In this document: positions 28,080 to 42,142 of the stretch, piece by piece
Layout of the letters: each line of letters opens with the position of its first letter
Numbering within the stretch: the stretch's first letter is position 1
Assembly (NCBI GenBank): GCA_951406725.2
Contig: OX597819.1
Span: forward strand, 49,786,001-49,850,000
Length of the DNA: 64,000 bases
Direction: 5' to 3'
DNA from: Octopus vulgaris
Taxonomy: Eukaryota
Translations under genes and position numbers: made by a program
The notes under the pieces: model-generated
Told to the model about the DNA's origin: nothing
Databases searched by the model: none
The model's input: the letters and a program-made list of their open reading frames with translations, nothing else

Positions 28080-28315
28080 TTACCCCGTCTTGAAAAAATC
28101 GTTTGTCGTCAGGCCTTATAATTGAGAACCGTGATGTATTAAGTGGGATCTTTTCCCCACCCCTAACACTAACCGTAACCCTACCCCTAACTCTAAAATA
28201 GATTGAAACGCAATAGATCGATACTAGGGTTATAATTATGGGTGACAATTTCATACGACACCGCTACGGAAAATGGGATTTTTTTCTAGCAGTGTCAAAT
28301 GAAAATGTCACCCAT
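28080..28315. mobile_element. Helentron/HINE-like element with degenerate (TAACCC)n and a terminal palindrome
   Basis: CCCTAACACTAACCGTAACCCTACCCCTAACTCTAA at ~28160-28196; inverted repeat 28238-28266 / 28287-28315 (25/29). Confidence 0.45.
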
Positions 28316-28825
28316 TTTATATTTTTAAAATTTCTGGATGCTGCTGTCATATTATGCTTTCCTATCTTGTCGTTGAAAGCGCGAAATAGGGAATAATAAA
28401 CGGTCGACAACTGAGGAGAACAACTGAGGTTTTTTTGGTATTTTGTCCCGTACTTGTCTCTCTTTATGTGTTTATGTATGTTTCACTCGTTGGTGATGTC
28501 CTGTACATATTATTTATCTGTTGGCATCTTGTCCTGTACTTATCTCTCGTGTGTTAACGTATTTTTCACTCGTTGGTGATGTCCTGTACTTAATGTGTAT
28601 TATATATATATATATATATATAAATATAAGAGAGAGGTTTTGGTATCCAGATGACCCAATAGGCAGGTAAGGCTATATAAGTGCTACGGAAAGACCGTTG
28701 TTAGACTCCCGGTTCAATAATAGTATCAGTAAGGAGTCATGTGTGAGCGTGTACATGTTAAATAAAATGAGACAACAAAGCCGAAGCAGTGTGAAATTTC
28801 TAGGACATCTATAAAGAGAAATGTA

Positions 28826-28873
28826 GTCTTACAGTCGTTTCAGAGATATAAAAGATATCCCATCATCAGAGAC
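28826..28873 (-). ncRNA. Minimal type I hammerhead ribozyme motif
   Basis: GUCU-CUGAUGA-U-GGGAUAU(CUUUU)AUAUCUC-U-GAAAC-GACU-GUA-AGAC; core intact. Confidence 0.7.
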
Positions 28874-28986
28874 GATATGAGAGAGTTGAATAGAAGGAAA
28901 TAGTATATTTTCCTATATCTCTCCCTTTCCAAAATAACTTCTTATACTGAACTCTACTATTTCCTTCTATTTAACTCTCTCATATT

Positions 28987-29034
28987 GTCTCTGATGATGG
29001 GATATCTTTTATATTCCTGAAACAACTATAAGGT
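28987..29034 (+). ncRNA. Minimal type I hammerhead motif, degenerate sister copy
   Basis: GUCU-CUGAUGA-U-GGGAUAU(CUUUU)AUAUUCC-U-GAAAC-AACU-AUA-AGGU. Confidence 0.55.
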
Positions 29035-29140
29035 ATCCCTTTTCTTTATAAATGTCCTAGAAATTTCACACTTCCTCGTCTTTTAATTTAATTTAAAACA
29101 TACTTTAAAACATAATTTAAAACGTCTCATTTAATTTAAA

Positions 29141-29175
<35 letters not shown>

Positions 29176-29593
29176 ATATAATATAATAAATGCGATAATT
29201 AATTTCTGTGTGTCAGTGAGTCACACTTAGACCCCTCCCCCACTATTCAATGATACTCCTTCTATTCCTCATGATGGGGTGAGAGTAATAGTAGGCATAG
29301 AGAAGGTGAAGGCGGTGGCGAAGCTAGAGAGAGAGAGAGAGAGAGAGAAAGAAAGCAAAAGAGAGGGAGAGAAAGAGAGACAAAGAAATTTAAGGAGAGT
29401 TGATGATGTTTTATTAAAAGTAGTAGTGCTGATGGTGGCAGTGGTAGTAATAATAAAGGAAAGAGAAAGAGTTGGTATGCGAAAGAAAGGAGGAGATGAT
29501 GTACAACTTTGTTTAACCGCGTCTCTTTGACAGAAATTCCTATCGCCAACGTGCTGAACATTATCATTCTTGTTTTATTTTTCGCTTTTTTAA

Positions 29594-29672
<79 letters not shown>

Positions 29673-30079
29673 CATACATATATATATATACATACACACA
29701 TATATATATATATATACATACACACACACACATATATATATATAAAATACACTTTAAATGAAATAAAGTTTCCCCAAATTTAAACATATCTAATATAATG
29801 CAAATGTCAGTGTATCACACCATTTTAACTTTAATACATCCATTCTACTGGAAGCACAAGGCCTCAAATTTTGAGGAAAGGATCAAGTCGATTACATCGA
29901 TCCAAGTACGTAACTTGTCCTAATTTTATCGACGCCAAAAGAATGAAAGGCAAAGTCGACCTCGGCGGAATTCGAACTCAAAACCTAACGGCAGACGAAA
30001 TACCACTAAGCATTTCGCCGCTTAAATATTATATATACATACACGCACACACACACATACATAATTATATATATGCATA

Positions 30080-30155
<76 letters not shown>

Positions 30156-30954
30156 GCATAATTATACAAACACACGCATATACATACATATATATGGGTC
30201 TGGTGACAAAAACAGGTAAGTAGAATCCAAAATATGATTATATAATTGATAACCAGTAGAAGTTGCTGAGTGGCCCAAGGGCCGAGAGTTTCGTGCATTG
30301 TATTTACATAACAATGTAGCTATACAATGGTATGTTTGCATATATAACTAATATAATGTGCATGTGAACTGTATATTCTGTGAATGTACCTAAAGATCAT
30401 CGATGATATTACCGACAGTGGATTATGAAACGGCTGTAACCATAAGAAATAAAATCTTATTCTGTCCCTCGCTTACCCTGGATCTTAATGGTAGACGTTA
30501 TATACCCGACAGTGGTAATATTAATGCGTTTCCTAGATTCCAAGGGCGTAGTTACTTTCAGTTGTATCCTAATTTTTATAGCTGTGTAACTTGATAGCTG
30601 GTACCAGCTAAAGCTTACTACTATGAGTTCCTCTTAACTCAGCTCTATGTTACTTTAAGTCCCATTGTCGCGTGTCTTTTCCGTAATAGCACATCAATGC
30701 TGAAGCATTTTAAGTTCTGAAATTATTCCCCTTCTCATTTGGCGTTAGTACCTATTAGTTTTCCTCTCTGGAAGCTGAGATACGTTTAATAAATCGAAAC
30801 TTTATCTGGTATGTTATTAAAAAAAAAATACTGTTATTGTGCTTGCAGTTCAAATACATAACGCTGGTCCCTCTGAGTCTGTAATCTTAACTCTTATTTG
30901 ACACATTTATGCAACTTATCAAAGCCATAGATATGTTGCTATTTTTTTAATTGT

Positions 30955-31102
30955 ATATGTCTAAGAAGCTTGATTACCAACCACATGGTTACAGGTTCAG
31001 TCCCACTTCGTGGCACCTTGGGCAAGTGTCTTCTACTATAGCGTCGGGCCGACCAAAGCCTTGAGAGTGAATTTGGTAAACGGAAACTGAAAGTAGCCTG
31101 TC

Positions 31103-31154
<52 letters not shown>

Positions 31155-31385
31155 GATTGGTGGAGGGTGTCTTTGTCTGTGTTTGTCCTCTTCCACCCCT
31201 TGACGATCATACTTAGCGCGTTTCCGTCCCAGTAACTTAACGGTTCGGCAAAAGAGTCACATAAAATAAGTACTAAGCTAAAATAAAAAAAGACTTGCTG
31301 TTGATTTGTTCGACTAAAACCTTTCAACGCAATGCCCCAGCATGGCGGCAGTCCGATGACTGAAAGAAGTAAAAGATGAAAGATA
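30955..31385 (+). mobile_element. Family A SINE
   Basis: Head, (TA)n centre and tail all present. Confidence 0.85.
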
Positions 31386-31507
31386 AATCAAGAATTGTAT
31401 GTTATTTGAGATGCACTCATTCATCTTCAGGCTCTCTACTCTGTTTTTAATCAGTCCCCTTTCCTTTTTTCTTTTTCTTCTTGGTCTCCTCAGGACTTTC
31501 CTCTATA

Positions 31508-31540
31508 TATCCGACGAAGGACTATATCCGAAACGTTATA
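31508..31540 (+). ncRNA. Hammerhead-like motif with CCGACGA core
   Basis: UAU-CCGACGA-A-GGA(CUAUA)UCC-GAAA-CG-UU-AUA. Confidence 0.35.
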
Positions 31541-32177
31541 CTTTTCCTCTATAACTTTTTTTTACCGCCTTTGAGCGTCAACTTAATAATAATATTAACT
31601 ACGAACGTGCCTTGAACTCTTCTTGCTTTCCGTTTTTGTTTGTTATTTGTACTTTCTGTTCTGTGTGTGTGTGTGTGTCTGTGTGTGTGTGTGTGTGCGT
31701 GTGTGTATGTATTTATGCGTGTAAACTGAAAAAACAAAAACAAACTACTTATAAAAGGAAAACACAATGCGCTGTGGTTCGATTGGTATTTCAGGCTCAT
31801 CAGTGAGCTAAGCGTTCTTTACATAAAGCAGCTTTTCAAATAACCCTTTGCGCTATTCTATGCTATTCGAAGTGAGGTAGTAAGAGTGTCATAAACAAAC
31901 CACTGTTGACATTCAGCGATTCATTCATCAAAATAATGAATATGGTATCTGTGTGTGTGTTTCTGTCTCTGCTGCACTTTCTTTCTTTCTTTCTTTCCTT
32001 CCTCCCTTCCTTCCTTCCTTTCTTTCTTTGTTTCTTTCGTTCTCTTTCTCTCTCTTTATTTCTCTCTCTCTCACACACACACATACGTCCATCCATTTAA
32101 GCCAGTCAATCATCCAGTTATTTATATTTATATATACGTGTCTATGTGCGCGGCATATGTATATAGGCTGTTTTAGA

Positions 32178-32242
<65 letters not shown>

Positions 32243-32316
32243 TATCTATATATATATGTAAATAAACATATATATATATATATATCTTCATATGTATATA
32301 TGTATATATATATACT

Positions 32317-32352
<36 letters not shown>

Positions 32353-32741
32353 GCATACATACAGATGTATGTGCGCGCGCAGGACAATATTTATTTAAGT
32401 ACACATGTGTACTTAGAGAAACGTATATAGTTAGTTATTAAACAGCACGTGAATGTGCGTATGTCTCATTGTATATGGTATATTACAAACATACATAAAT
32501 ACATACATACAAATATACATACATACATACAAACATACATGCATGCGCACACACATACACATATATACATACATATATATGCATATATGTGTGTGTATGT
32601 GTATATATAAATATATATATATATACACATGTATGTATATATATATATGTATGTATGTATGTATATATATGTATATATGTATGTATATGTATGTATATAT
32701 ATATATGTATATATGTATGTATATGTATATCTGTATGTATG

Positions 32742-32789
<48 letters not shown>

Positions 32790-32814
32790 CACATACATAT
32801 ATATATATATACAT

Positions 32815-32871
<57 letters not shown>

Positions 32872-33898
32872 ATAGTAGATACACACATATCTGTCTATAT
32901 ACATATAAGAGTGTGTATGTGGGTTTGTGCTTTTAGCTCTTTCTCGCTTCCTCTCTGTCTGTCTGCTATGTCTCTCTCTTTCTCTCCAAACACACATATA
33001 TATATAGCCATGCACACAGGCACACACACACACACCAAATACACATACACAAACACACACACAAACACACTCACGCACTACGCACATGTACGCGCACAAC
33101 ACAAACCCCGTACGCAGACGCATAGACAGAAACTGACATCATAGTGTGAGGAGGAGCCGAGCAGAGAGATAGACAGGTTGGTTTAAGCGGCGGAATCAGT
33201 GAAGTGGATCTCAACGAGAATGTTATAGCAGTGGCTAAGTCTACTTGAGAATCCACTGAGACTCTTATGAGGAGGAACACCTGGATAGGTGAATCAGATA
33301 AGATTCATTAGGTAGACTTATTCTCTTGTTCTAGACACGTCTCTTTAGAGGCTGCCGTTCACAATGAACACGGTCCTTCGTTTAGGCTTTGAGGAGAGAA
33401 AAGTACCTCGGCTACAAAACACATTACGGCGACGGCGACGATGATGGCGACGAAGACGACAACAACAACAACAACAGCTATAATAATAATAACATTGGTT
33501 TCTAATTTAGGAACAAAGCTAGATCTTTTCAGGCGGATGGTAAGGGTTAATCGATACAATCGGACCCAGTACTTTTGGCTGGTAGTTTATTTTTATCGAT
33601 TCCAAAAGATCGAAAGGCGACATTCACCGCGGCTGAACATGAACTTGGAACGTAGTAGTAATTCTTTTATTTTATTTTTTTTTTTTTATTTGTTTCGGTC
33701 ATTTGACTGCGGCCATGCTGGAGCACTGCCTTTAGTCGAACAGATCGACCCACAGGACTTATTCTCTGCAAGCCCATTACTTATCCTATCGGGTACTTTT
33801 GCCGAACCGCTAAGTTACGGGGACGTAAACACACCAGCATCGGTTGTCAAGCGAGGGAGTGGAGGGTGAGAACAAACACAGAAACACATACACACACA

Positions 33899-33972
<74 letters not shown>

Positions 33973-34840
33973 CACTTATATTAAGGGCATTACTATACAT
34001 GAATGCCTCACGCTAGGAGGGACTCTTAAAGTCAAAACTACCATAATAAACACATTTTACCGAACTCGAGGGCATGCAATTCTCGAAGCGAGCATTTTAA
34101 AAACAGAATTCAGCTGCATATCATATGATATCATAATTAGTGCACAAAATACACTTTTTAATCGTCAGTGCAAGCATAATTCAAGATACATAAGAATGAA
34201 CAAAAATCAACATACCAGACGAACACCAAATGTATCCAACGTAGTACATAGGATTGTTCACCCTTATATATCTATGTAAAAGGCGGGCTTTTCGAATTGC
34301 ATCTCGGTACATGTGTTTATTCGGAATAAAATTCAGCACTGAATATATTCCGGTTAAATTTACAATTTAAAAATAGGATAAAATCTTTATAAGAATTTAT
34401 CAAGTAGTTAGCGTGAAAAAAACCCATAAGGGAAAATTCCATCAGTTATTTCTCTTAAATATATCCTATTTTTAAATTGTAAATTTTGTTCAGCGTTCCA
34501 ACGATTCTGAAATTTCGTTCCCTTTATCACGATCACTGTAATTGTTTCCAAAATTTTGGCACAACGCCAGCAATATTAAGGGAAGGGGTACTAATTTTAA
34601 ATCTGGCATTTATTCTAACGTTCTCGTTTTGCCGAACTACTAAGTTACTGGGACGTAAACAAACCAACACCTGTTGTCAATCGGTGAGAGACATGCAGGC
34701 GTATACACATATTTTATATACCATATATACAGACAGACGAAATGGGCGTCTGCACAACTCCTATCTACCAAATTCATTCACAAGATTTTGATCGAGTCAG
34801 GTCTATAAGAGAAGAAAACTGTTCCAAGACGACATGTGTG

Positions 34841-34910
<70 letters not shown>

Positions 34911-35121
34911 CGCGCACTTTATTATTATTTAAAGCGGCAATAACATCACAAAAATATCACAAAAAAACTATTACTCAGAGTGTTTCGTTCCCGTTCGTCG
35001 GACAGTTTAGATTGCAGCTTTGATAATAAAAAGGCATATTACTCTATCTCCGGTATTCGAGTACTATTTATTCCCACCTTGTTTCACATTTATGTTTGCT
35101 TACTTTGGGGGGGTGAGTGTA

Positions 35122-35323
35122 TACAGAGTCTGCCCCAAGAAAATGTATACATACTTCAGGAAAGAAAAAAAAATCTGTATAAATATTTGACTTGTATTAG
35201 TACCTCTGTAAATATAAATACCTCTTCTGATGTTTTATGAAATTGTGATAACACTGAATACAAATATATATACAGATTTTTCCTTTCCTCAAGAGTGTAT
35301 ACAGTTTTTGGGCGGACTTTGTA
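35122..35323. mobile_element. Tc1/mariner-type MITE (~200 bp, TA flanks)
   Basis: TACAGAGTCTGCCCCAAGAAAATGTATAC vs GTATACAGTTTTTGGGCGGACTTTGTA. Confidence 0.7.
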
Positions 35324-35414
35324 TATATCGTTTCTATGGTTTTGTTTTTATGTTTTCCTTTCTCATTATGTTCAACGTTTTTTTTTATGTCCTGTACCCA
35401 TCATATATGCATGT

Positions 35415-35700
35415 ATTATATAAAATCCGTTCTGTCGGTCTGTGTGTGTGTGTCTTCTAGGATCTCGGGCATCCTCCATCCGATTGCACTCAATTTTGAT
35501 ATGTAGATACCGACGGTATCAGGGCGTGTATAAATCTTGAAAAAATTATAAAAATCGATTCCAGGTGAGAATGCGATCGATAAAGCCGTTTTTGTCCTGC
35601 TTTTCTTCCGTCAACCTGTACATAAATCCACCTTCCATTTTTTGTTGTTTTTGTACTGCTTAAAAGCACGTTTCTTTCCTGTCAAGTTTACTATTTAAAC
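35415..35700 (+). mobile_element. Helitron-like non-autonomous element, 5' part
   Basis: TATATAAAA start, GTCTGTGTGT microsatellite, CCGATT..AATTTTG motif typical of invertebrate Helitron derivatives. Confidence 0.4.
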
Positions 35701-36229
35701 CATGTTTGTGTTCTCCCAGTCAACAGGCTTATCATTACGGGTACTTTAAACTCTTCGGTTGCATATTTGTGAGAATAAAATCGTTTTTCTTTGGAATAGA
35801 AAAAAGTCTATCTTTATTTCTTCTTTTGCTGGTGTCTCAAATGTAGGTTAAATCAGTGTTTCTCAAAGAGGAGGCCTATGGGACGGTCGGACAAGTTTTG
35901 AGAAAATTTGGTTTAAATGTTTGACTACTCAGCACCGTCCATTGGACGGGGGGGGGGGAGCGTTTTGCTCGTACATATATATGTAGGTATGTACATATAT
36001 GTATGCATATATTTGTTACACGTTCGATTGAACGTCACGATCCTTTTCCAATTAAGTTTTATCTTAATAATTACGATGCGCACTCTTCTATCTTTACTAT
36101 CTCTTCTCTCTCTATCTCTCTCCCTCCCTCTCTTTTTCTTCATCCTTTCTGGTTTTCTCTCCCACCCTTCCCTATTCTTCTCCTCTCCTCTTCACCGTTC
36201 CCTCTCTCCCACTCCTCCTCCTAGACTCT

Positions 36230-36278
<49 letters not shown>

Positions 36279-36711
36279 GTAGTAGTAGTAGTAGTAGTAG
36301 TAGTATTGTTGTTCTTATTACCTTAGCACCAAAATCCCCACCACTTCCATTTCGTTCACCTCTCAAAGGTTAATTACCGCACGTGGACTTGAATGACATT
36401 AAAAATCACAAAATACACAAAAGAATATATAAAAATACACTCAAAATGGAGAAAAGAATCCCATTAATATGTGTACACGCACACACACACACACATATAT
36501 ATATATACATATGCATACACATACTCACACGTATATACACACACATATACATTTATACACTCATGTGGACACAACGGGGTATCCGGTCATTCGAACCGGC
36601 TTAGATTAAGAACAGAAATCACACCACTGGATACTGACCGTCCACCACTACCACCAGTATCACCATAACCACCACTTTAACGACGACGACGACGACGACC
36701 ACCACCACCAC

Positions 36712-36761
<50 letters not shown>

Positions 36762-37109
36762 TATCACATGCTAAGCATTTCAGCTTTTTATAGTTGGAGT
36801 CTCAAAGGACTAAGAGAACAAATTTGTTTGACGGCAACACGATTGGCAGTTGTTGTTGTTGTTAACTACCCGGTCATTACTGGTCATGCAAACCGATGAT
36901 CAAAGCGTTCCAGCTATGACCCATCCCGTCTTATTATCAGACGATATAGCCAAGACTTCATTATCCAACGTGAAGCTTTCTTTTATAAAATATAGTCACG
37001 TAGGGAATCCTCTTGAAAAGTAAGGGTACATTCCACAGTGTAGTCTTAGATGCTCTATGTCTTGCATTTGATTGTAGAGCTGTCCTTTCACGACTGGACG
37101 GGTGCTAAA

Positions 37110-37508
37110 TAATGGTTTCAAATTTTGCCACAAGGACAGCAATTTGGTGGGAGGGGATGAGTCAATTATATCGACCTCAGTGTTCAACTGGTACTTATTT
37201 TATCGACTCCGAAAGGATAAAAGGCAAAGTAAACCTCGGCGGAATTTGAACTCAGAGCGTAGCGACAGACGAAATACCTATTTCTTTACTACCCACAAGG
37301 GGCTAAACATAGAGGGGACAAATAAGGACAGACAAACGGATTAAGTCGATTATAGCGATCCCAGTGCGTAACTGGTACTTATTTAATCGACCCCGAAAGG
37401 ATGAAAGGCATAGTCGACCTCGGCGGAATTTGAACTCAGAACGTAGCGGCAGACGAAATACCGTTAAGCATTTCGTCCGGCGCGCTAACGTTTCTGCCAG
37501 CTCGCCGC
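37110..37508 (-). mobile_element. Family B SINE dimer (B1 followed by headless B2)
   Basis: Junction AAAGAAATA-GGTATTTCGTCTG at ~37278. Confidence 0.85.
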
Positions 37509-37796
37509 TAAATAATACTAAGTAGAATAAGTCAGCGAAGAGCATCTCTATGTGGTTATTCAATTCGCTAGAAATCGCGGCCATATCTACTTCAACTCAT
37601 TTTGTCCATCTTTAAAAACAAGAAAAGAAAGAAACTATAGGCACAGGCGTGACTGTGTGGTAAAAAGTTTGCTTCCCAACTACAGGATTTCGGGTTCAGT
37701 CCTACTGTGTGGCACCTTGGGCAAGTGTCTTCTACAATAGTCACGGACTGACCAAAGCCTCCTGAGTGGATTTGGTAGAAGGAAACTGAAAGAAGC

Positions 37797-38130
37797 ATGC
37801 GTGGCTCAGTGGTTAGAGCGTCAGGCTCACAATCATGAGGTAGTGATTTCGATTCCCGGACCAGGCTGTGTGTTGTGTTCTTGAGCAAGACAAAGCATTT
37901 TACGCTGCTCCAGATCACTCAGCTGTAGAAATGAGTTGCGACGTCACTGGTTGCAAGCTGTATCGGCCTTTGCCTTTCTCTTGGATAACATCTACAGGAA
38001 AGGCAAAGGAAAATACAGCTTGGCGTGGAGAGAGGAGGGTGGTATACATCAGCGACTGCTGGTTTTCTATAAACAACCTTGCCCGGACTAGGGGAACTTT
38101 CTAGGTGCAATCTCATGGTCATTCATGACG
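37797..38130 (+). mobile_element. Family C-related tRNA-derived SINE
   Basis: GCGTGGCTCAGTGGTTAGAGCG A box, TTCGATTCCC B box, TGTTCTTGAGCAAGAC conserved-domain motif. Confidence 0.7.
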
Positions 38131-38132
38131 AA

Positions 38133-38800
38133 AGATAAACGAATACAGGAGCCTTCCCGGTCGCTATCGGTGTGTTTGTGCCGGTCGCTGTTGAGACCTC
38201 GGGTGTTCTCGGACCCTGCACTGCCGATTTCCTTCATAAGATCAGGATAACGGCGGCCCGTCTGGGAGAGGAGAGAAAACTGTTTATTGACTCCATAGTT
38301 TTACAAGAAGGAAAGAAATTTAAAAAAAAAAAACAAAAATATAAACGATTACAGTATCGAGAAAAGTACCCGTAGCTACCTTATTAAGGAAAAAAAACAA
38401 TAAAGAGTGGGATGGAATTAAGCAGCAGATGTGGGGAAGGGAATAACGGGTTGTACACCTCAAGAAAAATTGCGTTTAGTTGTGCCTCGCGGACATGACA
38501 GCAAAAGCGTTGCCAAAAGTATGGCCAGCGAACCTCATTGCAACTGCCCTTGCGTGCTCCTTTCTCAGATGGGCCGCCGTTACCCTGATCTTACGGAGGG
38601 AATCGGCACGGCAGGGTCCGAGAACACCTGAGTTCTCAACAGCGACCGGCACAAACAAACTGATAGCGACCGGGAACGCTCCTGTATTTGTTTATCTTTC
38701 TTTCCTCTTGGTTACGGGCAACGATACCGGGATTTGCGGCCGATGCAGCAAGGCTGGTGCCGGAGAACGTATGGCAGCACGACACGTCCCTGTTTGAGGA
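38133..38800. mobile_element. CRE-like retrotransposon endonuclease fragments, two inverted copies (38133-38266 +; 38476-38800 -)
   Basis: DVSCCHTF..A..AA..EERKINKY..FVPVAVE(T/N)SGVLGP..GNAFAVM* resembles the REL domain C-terminus of CRE-type elements. Confidence 0.65.
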
Positions 38801-39099
38801 TCTGTCTCCCTCGTGGGTGTGTGGTAAGAAGCTTGCTTCACAACCACATACTTCTGGGTTCAGTCCCACCGACTGAAACAAGTAAAAAAAAAAATGCAAG
38901 GGAAAAAATAACATATGTAGACGTAGGCGTGCTGTCTGGTAAGAAGCTTGCTTCTCAACCACATGGTTCTGAGTTCAGTCTCACTGCATGGCACCTTGGA
39001 CAAGTACCTTCTACTATAGCCTCAGGCCGACCAAAGACTTATGAGTGGATTTAGTAGACAGAAACTGAAAGAATTCTCACTAAATATACAAGTTTTTTT

Positions 39100-39254
39100 A
39101 AAATTCTCTATTTATTTTCTCTTATTCCTTTCTCTTGAAGAGCGCAGGCTCGAAACATAGGAGATTTTCTCACATTCCCGAGCGTCAAACGAATACATCT
39201 GCTTCTTGTTCATACATCTGTCTTAGTCTTTTGTTTTTCTGTAAATTTCAACTG

Positions 39255-39255
<1 letters not shown>
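39100..39255 (+). mobile_element. ~175-bp hammerhead-family repeat inside a family A SINE (38925-39612)
   Basis: CTCTTGAAGAGCGCAGGCTCGAAACATA motif at 39132-39159; homologous to 60440-60620. Confidence 0.7.
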
Positions 39256-39350
<95 letters not shown>

Positions 39351-39883
39351 ATGTATGTATGTATGTATGAGTGTGTGCATACATATTTATGTGTGTGCCT
39401 GTGTTTGTCCCTCCCCCGTCATCACTTGACAACCGATGCTGGTGTGTTTATGTCCCCGTAATCTAGCGCTTCAACGAAAGAGACAGATAGAATAAATACT
39501 AAGCTTACAAAGAATAAGTCCTGAGGTCGATTGCTTCGACTAAAACCTTTTAAGGGGGTGCTCCAACATGGCCGCAGTCAACTGACTGAAACAACTAAAC
39601 GAATAAAAGAATGAAGTGTGACATGTGTGGGATTTAACTGCTATGTTTCACAGAGCAACTGAGTACATAGAGATTTTCTCGTTGATTCTTAAATCCCATA
39701 TCATACCAAATAAATGGTGTCTGTTCTGTAGATTTCATCATACATTTCTCTAGGTTTCCTTGGCTTGAGACCAAAAGCCGTCAGAAAAAATAACGCGTTT
39801 TCATGAAATCCAATCGGTAACAATATTCACCTGTTTCGTACATGTCATTTATGAGCGAGCAAAAGGAGCCTCGGTGTGCGTGT

Positions 39884-39934
<51 letters not shown>

Positions 39935-40832
39935 AAAGAGGACGTAAGGTTGTTTCCTCTCTCCCTCTCGCTCTCCCCCTAGCCTTCATGTATTCCTTTC
40001 TCCCTCGAGGGCATTAAGAGCATAAATAAAGTGACACAGCCACAAACGGAAATCAACACCGTGTCGAATTTCAGCTTTGCTCAGAGCTCGCCCCTCTCTC
40101 CGTGTCGCTAACCATCTCTTATTTTAGTGTTGCTACAAAACAGACGTGTAGATAGATATATAAGACTACAGTCTGTGGTGATATGACCAGTTGGGCTTTT
40201 TGGCTACACTACAACAGCAAGATACGTTGCGTTCTGCAGACATTGACACGAGACCAGGGTAGCAAATTGTAGACATCGTCTGTGAATGTAAAACTAGATA
40301 GGCCGCAAGCACCAGACATTCATTTCATTAACGTTCTCCTCCACCTTCTACACCTCGTAATTCACGGGGCGGCTCATTTGACATGCGGAGGGAAAAAGAA
40401 TCAATATATTCGTGTAATTAATACTTGACTTTTAGAAGTGACATCGGCTTAAGTTTGACCAACATTTTTACAAGTAAAGAGAATGAAATTAAGAAAAAGA
40501 GAGTAAAGAATAAACACACACACATACACATACACACACACACACACGTATATTGTTTTATTAGATACGGAAGTGTCGTGTTGTTCCAAAATGCCTTTGG
40601 CGTCAGTTTATAGAAAAAGTGATAAAGCATATGATATACTCCATAGCAGGGTTCTCACCCATTTTTTGCCTATGGACCCTTTGATTTCTATTTTATTCTA
40701 CTGGACCCTCGTAGCCATTCAATGTTTTTAAAAAATCCTATCATATATTTGTAATTAAATATTACGAAGAATTGTATTTAAAAAATTGCCGAAATATTTT
40801 GTTTTGTAGAATTGTGATCAATTTATTACTGT

Positions 40833-41045
40833 TTTACTCTTTTACTTGTTTCAGTCATTTGACTGAGGTCATGCTGGAGTACCGCCTTTAGTCGAGCAAA
40901 TCGACCCAGGACTTATTCTTTGTAAGCCTACTACTTATTCCATCGGGCTGCTATGCCGAACCGCTAAGTTACGGGGACGTAAACACACCAGCATCAGTTG
41001 TGAAGCGATGTTGGGGGGTGGGGGTGGACAAACACAGACACACAA

Positions 41046-41124
<79 letters not shown>

Positions 41125-41270
41125 CGACGGGCTTCTTTCAGTTTCCGTCTACCAAATCCACTCACAAGGCTTTGGTCGGCCTGAGGCTATAGTAGAAGAT
41201 ACTTGCTCAAGTTACCACCCGGAACCATGTGGTTGGTAAGCAAGCTACTTAACACACAGCCACTCCTATG
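40833..41270 (-). mobile_element. Family A SINE, adjacent to hAT-like MITE fragment 40647-40830
   Basis: Near-consensus copy; MITE fragment homologous to 50609-50899. Confidence 0.85.
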
Positions 41271-41970
41271 ATATATATTGCTTATATTTCTGTGTGTATT
41301 TTTGTTTATCCCACCATCACCATTTGACAACCATCGTCAGTGTGTTTATGTCTCCATAACTTAGCGGCTCAGCAAAAATGACCGATAGAATAAGTACTAG
41401 GCTTAAGAAATAAGTCCTGGGGCCGATTAATTCAACTAATAAAGTCTTCAAGGCAATACTCCAGTATGGCCTTAGTCAAATGACTGAAAAAGTAAAAGGA
41501 TTATTATAACTGCGATGGATCAAGGCTGACAGAATCGTTAGCACGCCGGACGAAATGCTTCGCATAATTTCTTCCGGTTTTACGTTCTGAGTCGAAATAC
41601 CAGCGTGGTAGAGTTTGCCTTTTATCCTGTTGGGATTTATAAAATAAGTACTAGTTGAATGCTAAGGGTCGATGTAATCGACTTGTCCCCTCACCAACAA
41701 TTTCAAGCTTTGTAACTATTACAGAAATTGTTATTATGGCGAATGGATTGGCAAATTCGTTAAAGCGGCGAAGAAAATGCTTTACGGCATTTATTCTGGC
41801 ACTTTACATCCTGATTTCAAATCATAGCGAGGTGAACCTTGCTATTCACTCCATCCATCGAACACGATAAAGTGAAGTAGTGCTCAATACGGAAACGAGG
41901 AAAGACAAATAAATACAGAGTGATCAGTGACATGTTTTTTTAACAACAAAAACGAAAAAGCGCATATTAA

Positions 41971-42142
41971 CAGGGCCGGCTCAAGGTACCGGCAACTCGG
42001 GCAGTTGCCCAGGGTGCTATGTGCCAAGGGGTACCAAGGAAAGCGGGACAAAGACAAGAAAATTTCCACAACCACGAGCATCAGCATGTACACACCGAAG
42101 TTCAGCTTGCCCGGGGTGCCAGCAACCCTAGGGTCGGCCCTG
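41971..42142. mobile_element. hAT-type MITE, 172 bp, perfect 8-bp TSD
   Basis: TIRs CAGGGCCGGC / GTCGGCCCTG; CATATTAA at 41963-41970 and 42143-42150. Confidence 0.92.

Larger units (their letters stand above)
28788..29072. repeat. Fold-back element, ~118-bp inverted arms, each with a hammerhead motif
   Basis: Arms 28788-28905 and 28955-29072 are reverse complements with scattered mismatches. Confidence 0.88.

Noticed and set aside
28160-28196. Interstitial telomere
   Set aside because: Only ~6 degenerate units inside a palindrome-ended repeat
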